Shown one piece after another: positions 13,451-37,257 of a DNA stretch of 64,000 nucleotides. Position 1 is the stretch's first letter; each line of letters opens with the position of its first letter. The position numbers were made by a program, and so were the translations under genes. The stretch spans positions 622,207 through 686,206 of the forward strand of contig MU057597.1 in the NCBI GenBank assembly GCA_013265495.1, given 5' to 3'. The notes beneath the pieces were generated by a model. It searched no databases, was not told the origin of the DNA, and saw only the letters and a list, made by a program, of their open reading frames with translations. This DNA is from Vicugna vicugna (lineage: Eukaryota).

Positions 13451-14744
13451 CTGTAGCTCTGATGTCTCTGCTGCTCCCTCTGCCTTCACGGCCCAACCGT
13501 GTTGTACTTGTTTGGGCACAGCAGCCCCAAAGGGAGGTCAGAGCCTGAACCCTGTAATGACGATGACTAACAAGAACGGCACAGACATCGTCCTGAGATG
13601 GCAATTTTAAAGCTGAAGGTGCTTTCCATTCAGGCTGCCTGACTGACAGGATGCAAAAGCCTCAAGAATAATATTCATTTTTTGGAGGGGAGAGGCCCCT
13701 TACCTGGGAGGTGGGGGAACCCCGATTACTAGAGCCTAGTCTCCAGGAATCTCTGAAATACTCAGATCTCAGTGCCCTCTGATTTCTGATTGATTGTAGA
13801 TAAGACATGGGACCAGGTGTCCTTAGAGAATATTTTCTGATGTTGTCTGTGCCAGAAAGGCCCTAGTGTCTCATTCTGTCCTCCTCTTTCCTCCAGGCCA
13901 GCGATCCTCCAGAAGAGGCATCTTGAGGAGGAAGAATTATCACACCTTTTAAGATCAAGGTTCCTGTGAGTTATTTTTTTTGTTCAGTAAATGATTTGTG
14001 TTTATAGCGTTTAAGAATATGTGCTTTCCTTGGCCCAAAGTGTCCTCCCTAATAATGACTTATCCAGTAATTTCTTCCCAAGAGTCCTGCAGTATATTCG
14101 CCAGAATATTCCCCACTGACCAGCCCTCTCCAGTGAGTATTTACATATTCATTTGGCAAATTGTTTACATCCTCCTGTGTGGGCTTCTGAGAATCCGCAT
14201 AGGATAGAGGAATACTACTGGGAGGTTAATGTTAGCACTTCTGGGGTGTGATTTGGTAAGGGAAAATAATAATTTTTAGGTGGAATCAAATGCTAAGTAT
14301 CTTTGGTCTTTTCCACAGGGCTGACCTTCAGAATGCAGTAAGAAAGAAGGTTTGATCATTTTAGTAAATCACAAAGGTATCAGCTTTATGAGGCTTTTAA
14401 GAGTAGGGTTTGACCAGAAATTGACATAACAATGTAAACTGACTATACTTCAATAAAAAAGAATGCAAAAATAAAAAGAAGAAGAGGAGAAGGATTTGGG
14501 CAAAGATCTTTATCATTAAAGGCAGGGGTTTTTTTTTTGTAATCAATAAGTAGAAATTTGTTGTATTAGCCAGGTGTTATTTGAGGTCTGACAGTTTCAG
14601 TTGGTTTCAGCTACATTTTTGTGTGAACAATGAAAAGCAGTATGGTTTGATTTTGAATATGAGTCCTGGATCTAGAGCAGGGTTTGTGAAAGGTCACATG
14701 TTAAATATTTGATGCTTCGTGGGCAATGTATGATTGAATATTGA

Positions 14745-15230
14745 TTTTCTTTTTTTGATAGATTTTATTATTTAGAATGGTTTTAGGTTTACAGAAAAAT
14801 TGCAAAGATAGTACGGAGAATTCCAAAGTACCCTGCAACCAGTTTCTCCCATTATTAAGAACTCATGTTAGTATGGGGGATTAGTTGCAATTAGCCAGTT
14901 CTGAAACATTATCGTTAACTGAAGTCCATGCTTTTTTCAGATTTCTTTAGTTTTTCCATAATGCTTTTCATCTGTTCCAGGATCCCATCCAGGATACCAC
15001 ATTACATTTCATTGTCGTGTCTCCTTTTAAGAGCCTCTTGGCTCTGCTAATTTCTCAGACTTCCCTTGTTTCTGATAACCTTGACAGTTTTAAGAGGTAC
15101 TGGTTAGGTGTTTCGTTAAGATGCTGCTCTACTGGAATCTGACGTTTTCCTCATAATTAGACTGTGTTTATGGGTTTGGGGGTGGAAGATCACAGAGGTA
15201 AATTACCACTTTTATCACAGTCCATGCTCT
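14745..15230 (-). mobile_element. Old L1M 3' end, antisense
   Basis: ttttaggtttacagaaaaattgcaaagatagtacggagaattcc...ccaggatcccatccaggataccacattacattt. Confidence 0.75.
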
Positions 15231-15876
15231 ATCTGTCTGCAACCTAACTCCTCTTTAATGTAACGTAACATATTCACAGGTTCAGGCTTAGGACATGGAC
15301 ATCTTAGGGAGACTTGTTACTCCACCCACCACAGGCCTGTCTTTAATAACTGCAACATGCCTGCCCTCCATAACTGTAGTCCTTTTCTTTGTTAATTTTT
15401 TTTTAATTTGGAATTATCTTCAGGTATATTTCTTACAGTGGGATTAATGCAGGCCTGCTGGAAAAAATTCAGTCTTCTAAGGAGCTTATAAAGAAGAAAC
15501 ACAAAATTACCCATTACTGTACCTTCCAGAGATAATTAATATTGATATTTTGGTGTGTATGTTTTCCAGTCTTCCCCTCTCCCTCTAAGCATGTGTGTGT
15601 GGTTTTGTTTCTGGAGCACTGAATCCTGCTAATTGGTCTATAATGAGCCAAAGACTCTCCAGATCTTAGTTTGTAAAAAGACTCCATCTCAGCCAAGGGC
15701 CAACATTATACATGTGTGCAAGAAGAGAGGGGAGAGGTGTGCCAATGATCCCCTTCTTGTTTGAAAAAAATCTCTCACATATTTACACCTTAAAGGATTA
15801 GAGAGACATCATTTGAAACTAATCCCATGGCAACAAATTATCAAGAAAGACAGACTTTCAAAGTTAGATTTTTCTA

Positions 15877-16005
15877 GGAAGGGAGGGTATAGCTCAGTAG
15901 TAGAGTACGTGCCTAGCATGCGTGAGGTCCTGGGTTCAATCCCCAGTACCTCCATTAAATAGATAGATAGATAAATCTAATTACCCCCCCAAAAAAATAC
16001 ATTTT
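15877..16005 (+). mobile_element. Vic-1-like SINE
   Basis: gggagggtatagctcagtagtagag...gggttcaatccccagtacctcc; TSD-like aaagttag(a/g)ttttctagga. Confidence 0.88.
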
Positions 16006-17619
16006 GAAAGTTAGGTTTTCTAGGACTTAAATCCCTAGGACTTAAATCCCCAGGACTTAAATCTATAGATAGATAGATAGATAGATAGATAGAATTGCCC
16101 CCCCAAAATTTTTTTGTTAAGTTTGATTTTCTAGGACTTTAATATTTCTTTCACAGAACATGATGGTGATCACTGATGCATAATAAATGGACTGTCCAAG
16201 TAACATTTCCATAGGCAGATATATGGACAAAATATGACAGTTTAAAATGTTCACATAAATCTTCGTTATCACATAAAGGACAAGATTCAACCACTTAACT
16301 AATGTTCTCAGTTTGGCATCTTCAGTTTAGGTTCTTTGAGCTGGATTTTTGATGTAGAACCATGTCTGTCCCTCTTTTGCTGATGGGGAGGGAATACTTC
16401 CTCCTTATCTATCTTAGACTTTTTTTGCTACTGTTAATTAAAAAGAATTCATTCTTAAGAGGCTCTGGAAGTTTTTAGTTAACAGTGATTATATGGACAG
16501 CAGGTTTGAGAAGTACGTATTTTAGCATGAGGAAAAGGGGAAACAGCAGGCTTGAGTTTGTTTTACAAAAACAAAGGGATGTATAATCTTATTGATCTTA
16601 AATCATAGCAGCTAACTTGAGTTAAATAATTATTACATGTTATTGTGTTTTATGTAGATGATCATCTTAATAGTTGAGAAAGTCATACCTGGTAGGTACA
16701 GTTTTTATCTGAGTCTTACCTGCAGGGGAACAGATCCTGGAGGTTAGTAACTGTCAGAGCAAAGATTCACATCCTAAAGTCAGACCACAGAGCCTTGTAC
16801 TTAACCTCACCAAGACCTCTTGTCCCAAATTATGTACACCTTTTTAAACATACCTTCTCTACTTGGTAATTCATCTTAAATTTCTTTCTCAGTTAATATG
16901 AATCAATATCATTACTGGAACATATATATTATGCCATTATAACAGACCATAATCTATTTAATCTACCCTCTACTGTGAGATATTTATATTTCTACTTTTT
17001 TCATTTTTTTAAATGATTCTCTGGAAACCCTGAATAAAACTGATGGATCATATCAATGTCAATGTCCTGGCTGTGATATTTTCCTATAGGTTTGCAGTAT
17101 ATTTTGCCATTGGGGTAAACTGGGAAAAGAGTACACAGGATCTCTGTATAATTTCTTGCTTATAAATGTATAATTATCTCAATTTTTTAAAAAAGTGTCC
17201 CATTTAAATGTTCTGTGAACATACGTATATTTGTTCCATATTCATGTTCTTTTCCTTATAGATTGCTACAAGATACTGACTATAGTTCCCTGTGCTCTAC
17301 CGAAGAAACTTGTTGTATATTAACTCAGCATTTAATAACCAGTACAACAGCAATGTAAAACATGTACTTTTGCAGTCAGCTTTCCTGGACCCAGACACTG
17401 CCTGGGCAGTTCCTTCTCCACCCTGTCCACCTGCTCTGTCTTGACTGACATCACCCTATCTAGAGGCCAGAGGAGCTTCGAGTTTGCATGGCGCAGCCCC
17501 TCTCCACCCTGAGTGGTGTGACTAAAGGGGGCAGGATGTTCTCAGTGAGACTCAGCACCCTCAACACAGCCAGTCTCAGGTCCAAGCCGCCGCCCCTCTT
17601 CCCAGACTTAGCCGGCCTC

Positions 17620-18260
17620 ACAGTGACGTTTGATGCCACAGTCTCCACACAAGACCACCCTCAGTTCTGATGGTAACTGCAAATCCAAGAGTTTCCCTCA
17701 ACCCCCTTCAGGTTTAATAATTAGGACTGGAAGGACTCAGAACTCACTGAGAGCCACTTTGCTCACGGTTACAGTTAACTATAGTGAAAGGATGCAAGTT
17801 AACGTCAGCCAAGGTTAAACAAGTGCACACGGTGAGGTCCAGGAGGGCTCCCATCATGGAGCTCCCAGCATCTTCTCAGTGCAGTCAGGACTCATTATTC
17901 TGCCGACATCGATGTGTGATAAATCACTCAGAGTATCACCAACCAGGGAAACACACCTGAGCTTCAGTGTCCAGAGTTTTCATTGGTGCTTCATCACGTA
18001 GGCATGATTGATGGATCACATAGACTAGATTGATTGACTCATTGCCCAGACGTTAATCTCAGTCTCCCAAGTCAACTGATTCCCTATGACCCAAAGCCTC
18101 CCACCGCTCCCATTACCTGGTTGGTGTTTCTGGCATGGCCAGGCCCCAGCCTGTCCCTACCCAGAACAAAGACATTCCCATCAGGTGTGATGTAGCTTAC
18201 CTCTCAGAAGCTGAGCCCTCAAAGCTACATATCTCTTTGGACAAGGCCAAGTTCTTTATT
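17620..18260. mobile_element. MER21-like LTR in a ZNF331 intron
   Basis: cacacaagaccaccctcagttctga...ctggaaggactcagaactcactga...tgagcttcagtgtccagagttttcattgg. Confidence 0.6.
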
Positions 18261-18645
18261 CATCGCCCCCAGTAGGGAGCTGGCCAGGATTCCTCCTGCT
18301 AAAATGTCTGGATCTGACTTCAAGGCAAAAAAAAAAAAAAAAAAAAAAAAAAATCAAAGCTCCTCTGCCCTGTCTATTCAGCATTTCCTGGAATTTCAGG
18401 GAGAGCTTTTTTGTTTTTTTCCCAGAAACTTTTTAATCTTCTCCAGATGCATTTATACGCAGATCTTGTGGGGCAAAAAGCTGGGGTTTCTTTCGAAGCA
18501 AAGGTGGAGGAGTGAAAAGATTGTAATTTGGGGAGCGCTTATTTTAATGCCTTTTTTCCCTTGTCTAGATCTGGACTTCTCTGGATTTTGTGTCTCCAGT
18601 AAAGGAAACCCCAAGAGTACCGATCAGACCTTGAAGTCTAAAACT

Positions 18646-23552
<4,907 letters not shown>

Positions 23553-24005
23553 TAAAATGTAATATAACAAAGCCTTTACTGGTCGCCTTCCTGCTTGTAG
23601 AGTACCAGAAGTCATATTAGAGGTGAACTTGGAGAACGAAGAAGTGGCCTTTGCTTGTTGATCACAGCATAATCAGTGTAGTGACTTTTTACTGGATAGG
23701 TTAGTTTTATGAATGCATAGAAACCTTCCGGTACCATTTCATCTCTATCATAGTTCAGGTTTATTCTAGGGTAAAACCCTGTTGATGGAACATAAGTGGG
23801 AGAGCCTTTCCTCGTGGTACAATCCCTACCTGTTGTCATCACTGTCCCACCTCTTTACTCCCTGAGACCTGGGGAAATTAGCTGTTACCCTTGTGCATTG
23901 TGAAGTGGGGCTGATCACACCTACCTAATACTGCTGTTGTGGTGATTAAATGAGTTTGGTACCTGTACACTTGTTGAATGTGTATCTGGAGTATTTTGTA
24001 AGCTC

Positions 24006-24011
24006 AATAAA
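24006..24011 (+). terminator. Candidate poly(A) signal of ZNF331
   Basis: AATAAA about 450 nt after the stop, followed by GT-rich sequence (tgttgttgttct). Confidence 0.5.
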
Positions 24012-25659
24012 TACTAGCTGTTGTTGTTCTCATTATTAGTAGCATTGCTGTTAGTAAATTATTAAAACCCCTGTGGGTGCAGTGAGTTAAGACTTAACAA
24101 ACTTCTAGAAGAAAATACAGATTACTGTCACAACGTTGGGGTAGGCAGCGCTTCTTAGCACACAGAAGACACTAAATGTAACGTTAAAAATTATTAAGTT
24201 GGATTTCATCAAAAGTACAAAGTTCTGATCATTGAATGACACCATGAAGGTGGTGAAAAAGCAAGAAGCAGAGTGGGAGGAGATATTTACATACACCTGA
24301 TGAAGGTTTCACATTGAAAGTACAAAGAATCCTTCAAGTCATTAATAAAATGACAAATCAGTTAAGAGGTAGGGGGAGACTTAAATATGCATTTAAGATC
24401 ACCAAATGGCCAGTAAGTGAAGATGTGTTAAACATCATTGCTTCTCAAGAATATGCGAAATAAAATCACCATGTGATGTCACTGGCCACTTGCCAGAAAG
24501 GCTGACATTACAACTGTATATGAGTTGTCTCTTTGTTGGATATTCAAACATGGCCTCTTAGGAAGGAACAGAACCAGCACAGTGGACCTCTCCAAGTCCT
24601 GGAGGTCCTGCAGCAGCGATACAGAGGTGATACTAGAGGGAGGCAAGTGGGCTTGTCCCAGGGAAGGGGCCAGAGCCTGGGATCAAGTCCTGGAGGAGTT
24701 GAGGGAGCAGTTAGACTTAGGAGGGACTTGAGCTGTCTTAATTAAGAGGGTCAGTCCTAGAGTGAAGGGAGTATGTTGTCTTGGGGAAGGGACTTGAGTC
24801 CATGGTGAGGAATCTGAGACTGTGGGTGAGGGAAGGCTAGAGCCCGTGGGAGTGAGTTTGAAAAAGTACCAGGGCATGGGAGGGCCTGGTACATGGGGAG
24901 TGATCAGCTAGAGCTCAGACAGGTCCTGGGAGACTGGAGAAAAGGGGAGAGCCCAGAAGAGGAGCCTTTGAGAGCTGGAGGAGGACTTGAATGCTGTCCA
25001 TGAGTATAGCCTGGGAGATGTAGGGTTGTTGCTGAAGCCATTGAGAGAACCTTGGCACAGAAGATGACAGTGTGGTTAGAACCCAGAGGAGTGCCCTGTG
25101 GAGGCCAGCAGAGGGTCCAGAATCAGGCTGAAGTAGTGCTTATCTTTGGTTTATCTCAGAAGGGAAATTAGAAAATACATAGGAATGAAAATCAAAACAA
25201 AACACAACTCACGGGATGCAGTGGAAGCCATGCTTTAAAGACAATGTATAGGAGTAAATGCCTACATTTAAATAGAAAAAAGATCTCAAGTAAGTAAACT
25301 AACTCTTCATGGTAAGAAACTAGAGAAAGAGCAAACTAAACCAAGAGCAACAGAAGGAAGAAAATAACAGGGATTAGAGTGGAGAAAAATGAAATGGGGA
25401 ATTTTTCTACATGATAAAAAGAATCGACGGAGCCAGATGTTGGTTCTTTGAAAAGATAAACAAAATGGGCAAACCTTTAGCTAGACTGACCAAGGGGGTA
25501 AAAGTAATTTTGCAGAGAAGTCCAAGATCAATAGAGACGCTTCCAGTCTCTTCTAGGTGTGTGTGGCAGTGGTGAAACATCACGAAAGCACGGAAGCTTG
25601 AACATGCCAACATTGCAAATAACCACGGTAAACCTGGGTACATTCAGTTATACCAGAAC

Positions 25660-26190
25660 AGGGATCGCCAAGGTTTTCCAGTTGAGAGCCAGATAGTAAA
25701 TATTTTAGGTTTTACAGGTCACGTATGCTCTGGGTCACATATTCCTCTACTTTTTTAAATAGCCTTTTGAAACTGAAAACACTCTTAGCCTCCAGACCGT
25801 ACAAAATCAGGGCCACAGGCGAGATTTGAGCTGTGGACTAGAGTTTACCTGACTACTGCACTAAACTAATAGGTGAGCATGGGAGAAAATTCTAGATCAG
25901 CATTATCCAATGTGGTAACAAATAGCGACACAGACTCTTGAGCACTTGAATTGTGGCCGGGTGGTAAAGGAAGTGTAAGATACACACTGAGATTTGAAGA
26001 CTGGAAACACAAAAGGTAAAACATCTCATTAATAATTTGTACTTTCATTACATGTCAAAATGATAACATTTTGGATGTTTTTAGCTAAATAAAGTATATT
26101 ATTAAAGTTAATTTTGTCTTTTTGCCTTTTTAATGTGCCACTAGGAAAATTTTAATTACGTATGTGGCTGTCATTGTGTTTGAACAGGGC
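25660..26190. mobile_element. hAT-Charlie fossils (MER58-like then MER3-like)
   Basis: gccagatagtaaatattttagg...ggccacaggcgagatttg; cagcattatccaatgtggtaac...gtggctgtcattgtgtttgaacag. Confidence 0.6.
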
Positions 26191-27174
26191 TATTCTCAAC
26201 TGCAATTTGGCAACATTTGTCAAAATGTTTAAATGTGTATGTGTCTTTGACTCAGCATTCCCACTTGTAAGAATATACTGCTTTACAGCATTAATTAAAA
26301 ATCTTCCCGTGACATACGCACTTTTCCCAGAGCACTGCCTCTTATTTTGGGGAGCTCCTTAGTGAAAATTGCATTGTTGACTTTCTGTGGAGTCTGGTTT
26401 TTTGTCTGTTTGTCTGTTTGTTTGCAGGGTGTGGGGACTGTTGCAGTATTAGTATGAAGCAAAATTCATGCAAAAATCCATTGAAAACTTCCACATCTGG
26501 TAATACATGGTTGTGCTGGAGGAACAGTCTATCTTTCATTAGACAGAATTCATTTTCTTTAAACTATTATGTAATGAGTGACCCAGCCAACTGTGAAATT
26601 TCAAATAAAGGGAAAAAAGTAGAATATTTAAATACTTTGACGAAAGACTCAGCTGCAGCTAACCAGACTGGCCCACAGGCGGGACCTCTGTGGATGTTGA
26701 AGACATACAGAGTACAGTTGTTCTTCAGGCCTCCAGGTAAACAGAAGAGGTGAGGAGCTGGGGATGGGAAGTGTCTACTGAATTTACGGTCTTCTTTTTC
26801 AGGATATCCAGGGACAGTCTCACTGAGAATGTAACTTTTGAGTAAAATACTAGGTAACTGTGTCTTAGAGAAGTGTTTTAGAGAAAATTTGTAAAAGTGA
26901 ATGATAGATGAAGATAAATATTTAAGCTGAAACATTACAATGTTAAACTGTTCAATAAACTAAATTTAATCACACCGCATCCTCAGCACAACTTCTCCTC
27001 ATTACAGTTCTCCCAGTCTTCTCCTGAACGTGTTTTTAACCTACAGTCAAGGCCATTACAGGTTTCCCCAGCCATACGAAGGTAGTGTTCCTGTGAAACC
27101 TTCCATAAGCTGAAGTGGTGTAAAGCGAAGAAGCAGTTACCTATTACAATGCATTTGAAGTAAAGAGATCAGCA

Positions 27175-27990
27175 ACTTAGCTAATAATCAGGGAAATGCA
27201 AATCAAAACCACTATGAGGTATCACCTCACAGCCGTCAGAACGGCCATCATCAAAAAGAACACAAGTAACACATGTTGGCGAGGATGTGGAGAAAAAGGA
27301 GCCCTGTCACACTGTTGGTAGGAATGTAAACTGGCACAGCTACTGTGGAAAGCAGTATGAAGTTTTCCAAAAAAATGAAAATAAAGCTACCATATGACCC
27401 AGCAATCCCACTCCTGGATATATATCCAAAGAGGAAAAAAAACACTAATTTGAAAAGTTACACACACCCCAGCGCTCATAGCAGCGTTATTTATAGTTGC
27501 CAAGATACAGAAACAACCTAAGTGTCCATCAGTTGTATAAATGAATGACGAAAATGTGATGATAAGATAGAAAGAAAGAAAAGGAAAGAAAGGAATACTG
27601 CTCAACCTTAAAAGAATTGAGACCTGGCAATTTGCAGCAACATGGATGGACTTGGAGGACATTATGCTAAGTGAAAAAAGTCACATGGAGAAAGAAGTAT
27701 TGTATCACGTATATGTGGAAACTAAAAAATATAGCAAGTGAATATAACAGAAGCAGACTCAGAACAAAACAGTGGTTGTCAGTGGGGAGAAGGAAGGGCT
27801 GGGGCAAACGGGTAGGGGAGTGAGAAGTACAAATTACCATGTATAAAACAAGCTACCGGATATACTGCACAGCACGTGGGAATAAATGATTTTAAATGAA
27901 GTATAATCTATAACAAGACTGTTACCACTGTGTTGTACACCTGAAACTAATATAATGTTGTAAATCAACTATACCTTAAAAAAAAAAAGA
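27175..27990 (+). mobile_element. LINE-1 3' fragment
   Basis: gggaaatgcaaatcaaaaccactatgaggtatcacctcac through to tgtacacctgaaactaat and an A-tail. Confidence 0.9.
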
Positions 27991-28062
27991 ATGGATGAAG
28001 ATGGCAGATGTGGATTAAAATATCCCAGTGGAAATACGCAGGTATCAAAAGTCCAGTAAGGT

Positions 28063-28195
28063 GGGTGAGGGCATAGCTCAAGTGATAGAGGTCCTGGGTT
28101 CAATCCCCAGTGCCTCCTCTAAGAATGACTGAATAAATAAAGAATAAACCTACTTACCTCCTCCCACCAAAAAACAAAAACAAAAACAAAAACAC
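28063..28195 (+). mobile_element. Vic-1-like SINE with internal deletion
   Basis: gagggcatagctcaagtgatagaggtcctgggttcaatccccagtgcctcc. Confidence 0.8.
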
Positions 28196-28935
28196 CCAGG
28201 AAGTTTAAGAATCACCGTTTGATGTTATCATCCTGAAAATGAAGGATGAATGTGATAATCTAAAGTCATTCATTTTCCCTATTTTATTTTATTTGTATTC
28301 TACCTTTGCTGAGCTATGATTATAAATTTAAAACTATGTGTATTTAGGGTTTTTTTAACTTTAAAATAAACACAAAACTTCTATTTCACCGGTAACAAAA
28401 GAAAAAATTGCAATAGCATCAAAATTTTAAATCATTTAGGAATAATTCCCACAGATTATTTGGAAATAATAGCAAAGACTTATTGAATGTCATTAAAGAG
28501 GATGAATCAAAGTGGAGAATGAAACCACAAAAAAATAAACACAGTGCAACTCTTGACACAGTGTATAGTTACCTGTGTTTTCTTCCCACATGGCAATCTC
28601 TGTTCTTGCTGGAAAAAGTCCTAAGAAGGCGCTTCTTATATGCAGGTTAGTATTTTATTTCTTCCTCTAGTTGCTGGTTAACTTACTGTACTATCTTTGT
28701 GAAATTTCACCTTGCTGCACACTTCTGAAGCATGAACTATTCTGTATGTATATCATGCTTTTAAAGGCTTACTTAAAAATTATAGAACATTAAAGTCATT
28801 TTGTCCACTGGCAATAAATATAGAGCTTTAAATGAATTCCACCTTCACACTCCATAGAGGCTCCAAGTGTCCCACTGAAGATACCTCCAGTATCCAGTGT
28901 ACGGAGGGATTCCACACAGCATCTATTTCCTGTGG

Positions 28936-33650
<4,715 letters not shown>

Positions 33651-33886
33651 TCTAGACGGAGTTGAGGAGGCTCAGATCTGCTGAGAGAACGAGACAAAAA
33701 ATTATCAAGGATGTCCATCCACCCTTGGCCCTGGGACACAAATTCCATGGAGCAACGGACTTATGGGGAGCAGGTGGTAAAGGGACACACTGAGCAAGTT
33801 CTCCAACTCTGAGCTTTGATTTCTTCAAACATAAAGAAGACTTTTAATATATTTCAAAGTTCCCAGAAGAGCGGCTTGAAGAGAAG

Positions 33887-34330
33887 TGAGGGGGAAAGGA
33901 ACCAGTCTCCCCAGATGTGCCACTTTGGCATGTGGATTGCTTTGAGCCGAAGGCAGTCAAGACCCAGCAGGCTCAGGGAAAGCTCTCTGCCTCTCCCTTA
34001 ACTGCTCAGAATAATTTAGGTCAGGAGGCCCATGCCAGGAAGAGAGCTATTAAGAGAGGTAATTTTTTATTTCAAGGATATGTCTGCATCAAGTGGCAAA
34101 TATTTGTTTATCAAGCATTTGCTCTTCCCACCTTCCTGGAGTTGTCTTCCTCCCCTTTGAAGCCCCAGATCCCTACCTCCTTCTCCTTAGCTCAGGGTAG
34201 CATATAAGCCCCCATTGCCTGGCTGTCTTTGAGCCTCAGTTTTTGTGTCACCTATACATAGGAAATTAGTTAATCTGTCTTATGTCAATTCAACTATTAG
34301 ACCAGGCAAGAAAAGTTTCCCACCCCTACA
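33887..34330. mobile_element. ERV1-class LTR (MER34-like) just upstream of the SLC7A3-like ATG exon
   Basis: ccccagatgtgccactttggcatgtggattgctttgagccgaaggc...ttaatctgtcttatgtcaatt...cacccctaca. Confidence 0.6.
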
Positions 34331-34629
34331 GAAGCAAAAGCTTCCAGCACAGTGCCTGGCACACAGCAGCTGCTTAATTGGGATGAGGTGAGTAGATAAG
34401 AATATTGCTTTATTTTTTTTTAGCAAAATCAGTCAGCCCTGCTGGTTCAGAGCTAGCACTGCTCTGTGTGGCTTTGATTTTTGCACAAGCTGTATACTAC
34501 TTTGTCCTCATTTCCTCCATAAAACAGGGGAAATTATTGCCATTATCCCCTCCCTTCCTTCATGTGTGTGAAGAGACAGTTTAAGGGGCTCAGTGATCGG
34601 ATAAATTGAAAGCAAGTCCCCCCAAAACC

Positions 34630-35365
34630 AAGTTCCCTTGCCAAGTTTATGATTAATCTCTCCACCCAAAACTTTATTCCCTCTCTTGTCCCACCCTTTT
34701 CCCTTCAGGACTGAGGAGTATCAAAGAAAAGGGGGGACTGAAACTGAGCAGGACCCTGCAGGACCCTCCTAGGTACAAAAGTTCCTCTGTGCCCCCCAAG
34801 TTTCTAGAGAAAGGCTCAAGTCTCCTGGGCCTTCCCGGAGTTCCAAAATGCAGGTCCACCAGCACTGATTAGGGAAGTGATGGGACATGGACACAAAGGA
34901 AAAGCAGTGCTAAATGGCCTTGACGGAAAACAAAAACAAAAACAAAAACAAAGCAGCAGGGGGCCAGCTGGAAATGGAAATTCTTAACCTGTCATGTAGG
35001 CTCTAAGTAAATAATAAAATGCCTCAGCCATTGTTTCTGCTCTGTCCTACAGAGAAGTTAAGAGATCACAAGACCATGATTGACTCTTTGGCTTCACAGG
35101 GTCAAACACAATCACCAATGACCCCTTGAGTCACAAAATGGTGCCAGGAAGTCTGCAGCTCAGCTCTTATCTGGAGACTGAAACCACAAAGACCCCTTTA
35201 CACTGTTACCTTTAAAAATCCTTGCAACCCTGCTCACCAGCAAAATGGATTTGAGATAAACCTGCTTATCCCATCTTCTCAAGAGGGCGGTGCCCTCTTC
35301 ATCAGTAAACCTTTCTCTGATCCAAACTTTTTCATTAGTTTGGGCAGGAACTTGGATTCACCAAC
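34630..35365. mobile_element. Cluster of LTR fragments
   Basis: tgaaactgagcaggaccctg (same head as at 43101); agtaaac...gggcaggaacttggattcaccaaca LTR-like end. Confidence 0.5.
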
Positions 35366-35867
35366 AAACTCATGTCCCACACATTTTTATACCAGGAGTC
35401 CTGAAACCTGATAGCTGCCTGTGCCATTGCCTGCAGAGTGAAATGGAACTGGAACTCTGAGTTGGGGCAGAATGAGACGGATTTGTAGGGAGGGACAGAC
35501 TCTAGCCCAGTGCAGTGACAGCATCAAACCAGAGCAGCCTCGCAGTTGCCTGGAGGGAGGGAGGACTAACCTTCTTTCTGAATCAGAAATGACAGGACTC
35601 TGCGTCCTATCCTTTGGGGCTTGGAATGTCTCCTCGCTGCACGGCTCTGCAGGGCGAGGCCGATCCAGGCAACACAAGTTACCATCTCAAGGCTCCACCC
35701 ATGATATCCCGGAAGTCCCAAGTTTTGCATTTTGGTTTAGAGGAAGCAGTTAAAGAGCCAAGAAACTATGATTTGAATCTCGGCCCCTCTACCACCCCTG
35801 TGCCTTTGAACAAGCCATTTACTGCTCCTGGACCTCTGTGCGCCTCCTGTTCAAATGCTGCTGCTGA

Positions 35868-36515
35868 AGCCTCGTGCACTGTTAGTAGGAATGTAAAATG
35901 GTGCAGATGTTGTGGATAAAGCATGAAGTTTCCTTTAAAAATTAAGAAAGGAATTACCATATGATCCAACAATTCCACTTCGGGGTGTACACCCAAAAGA
36001 ACTGAACATAGGGTCTCAAAGAGATATTTGTACACCCATGTTCACAGCAGCATTATTCAGAGAAGCTGAAAGATGCAAGCCACACAAATATCCATCCCCA
36101 AATGAATAGATAAACACAGTCTGGTCTATACACACAGTGGAATATTACTCAGCCTTAAAAAGACGGGAAATTCCGATCCATGCTACAACATGGAGGAAAC
36201 TTGAGGACACTATGCTAAGTGACATAAGCCAGTCACAAATATACAAATATTGTACAATTTCACTTCTATGAAGCACCACAAGTACTCAGACTTCTAGAAA
36301 GCAGAATGGTGCCAGGGGCTGGCGGGGCATGGCAGGGTGGCGGGAGGATGGAGAGTTGTTACCTGGGGTCACAGTTTCAGCTTTACCAGATGAAAAGTGT
36401 TCTGGAGATTGGTTGCACAGCAATGTAAATATACTTCATGTTACTAAACTATACACTTAAAAGTGATGAAGGTGGTTAATTGCATGTTATGTGTACTTTA
36501 CCACCATTTTTAAAA
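35868..36515 (+). mobile_element. L1M 3' end
   Basis: cactgttagtaggaatgtaaaatggtgcag...cttgaggacactatgctaagtg...tacacttaaaagtg. Confidence 0.85.
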
Positions 36516-37257
36516 ATTGCTGCCAATGATAAATAGCAGAAAGAGTTTCAGAGTCACTTGATGTACAAAGCCCATGGGGATTAAATCATCACGGTAATCC
36601 CCCACAGAGACTAATATCCACGAGTGCTCAAGTCCCTTAAGCGCCACCCCCCACCCTGCAGAGGAGGACTCCACAGACACAGAGGGCCAACAGTACACAG
36701 GAGACTGAAATCAGTGGTCCACGTATCATAAACCCTCTATAAGCGTAGTCTTTACTGTCATTTGAACATCAGTCAAATTATGAGTCTCAGAGCCTCCAGA
36801 CACTGATACGATCTCCCCCCACCTTTTCTTCTCACACAAACACACACAGCTCCCAGCTCCTGCTTTCATCCACTTGCCACCCTCAGGCTGAAGCTGGGCT
36901 GACCCAACTGCACACTTGGATGCAGAGGGCTGTTTAGGAGTATCTGAACTCAGCACCCAGTCTCCTACAGCAGAGGGGTTGCCCTAGACTTACAGGATCC
37001 TTGGAGCAGAGCCTGGAGCACTGGGCCGAGTCAGTGGAGTGGAGTTCACGCTCTGTAGGAGTGGAGCTGGTAGATCTCTACAAACCAAATCCGGGAACCC
37101 TTATGCACAAAAGACAACTTTTAACCCCTGGGTGGGAGTGGGCGGGGATGGGTGGGGCAAATCTGCAGTGATAAAATTAGCCAGTTGTTACCCTTCAGGG
37201 GATAGTTCTGAAGTTTTGTGTCGGTGAGGTAAAATACACATAAAATTTATCATTTTA

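Noticed and set aside
12786..13604. 272-aa minus-strand ORF in the CpG island
   Set aside because: GC-rich and (GT)n-rich stop-poor sequence with no recognisable domain.
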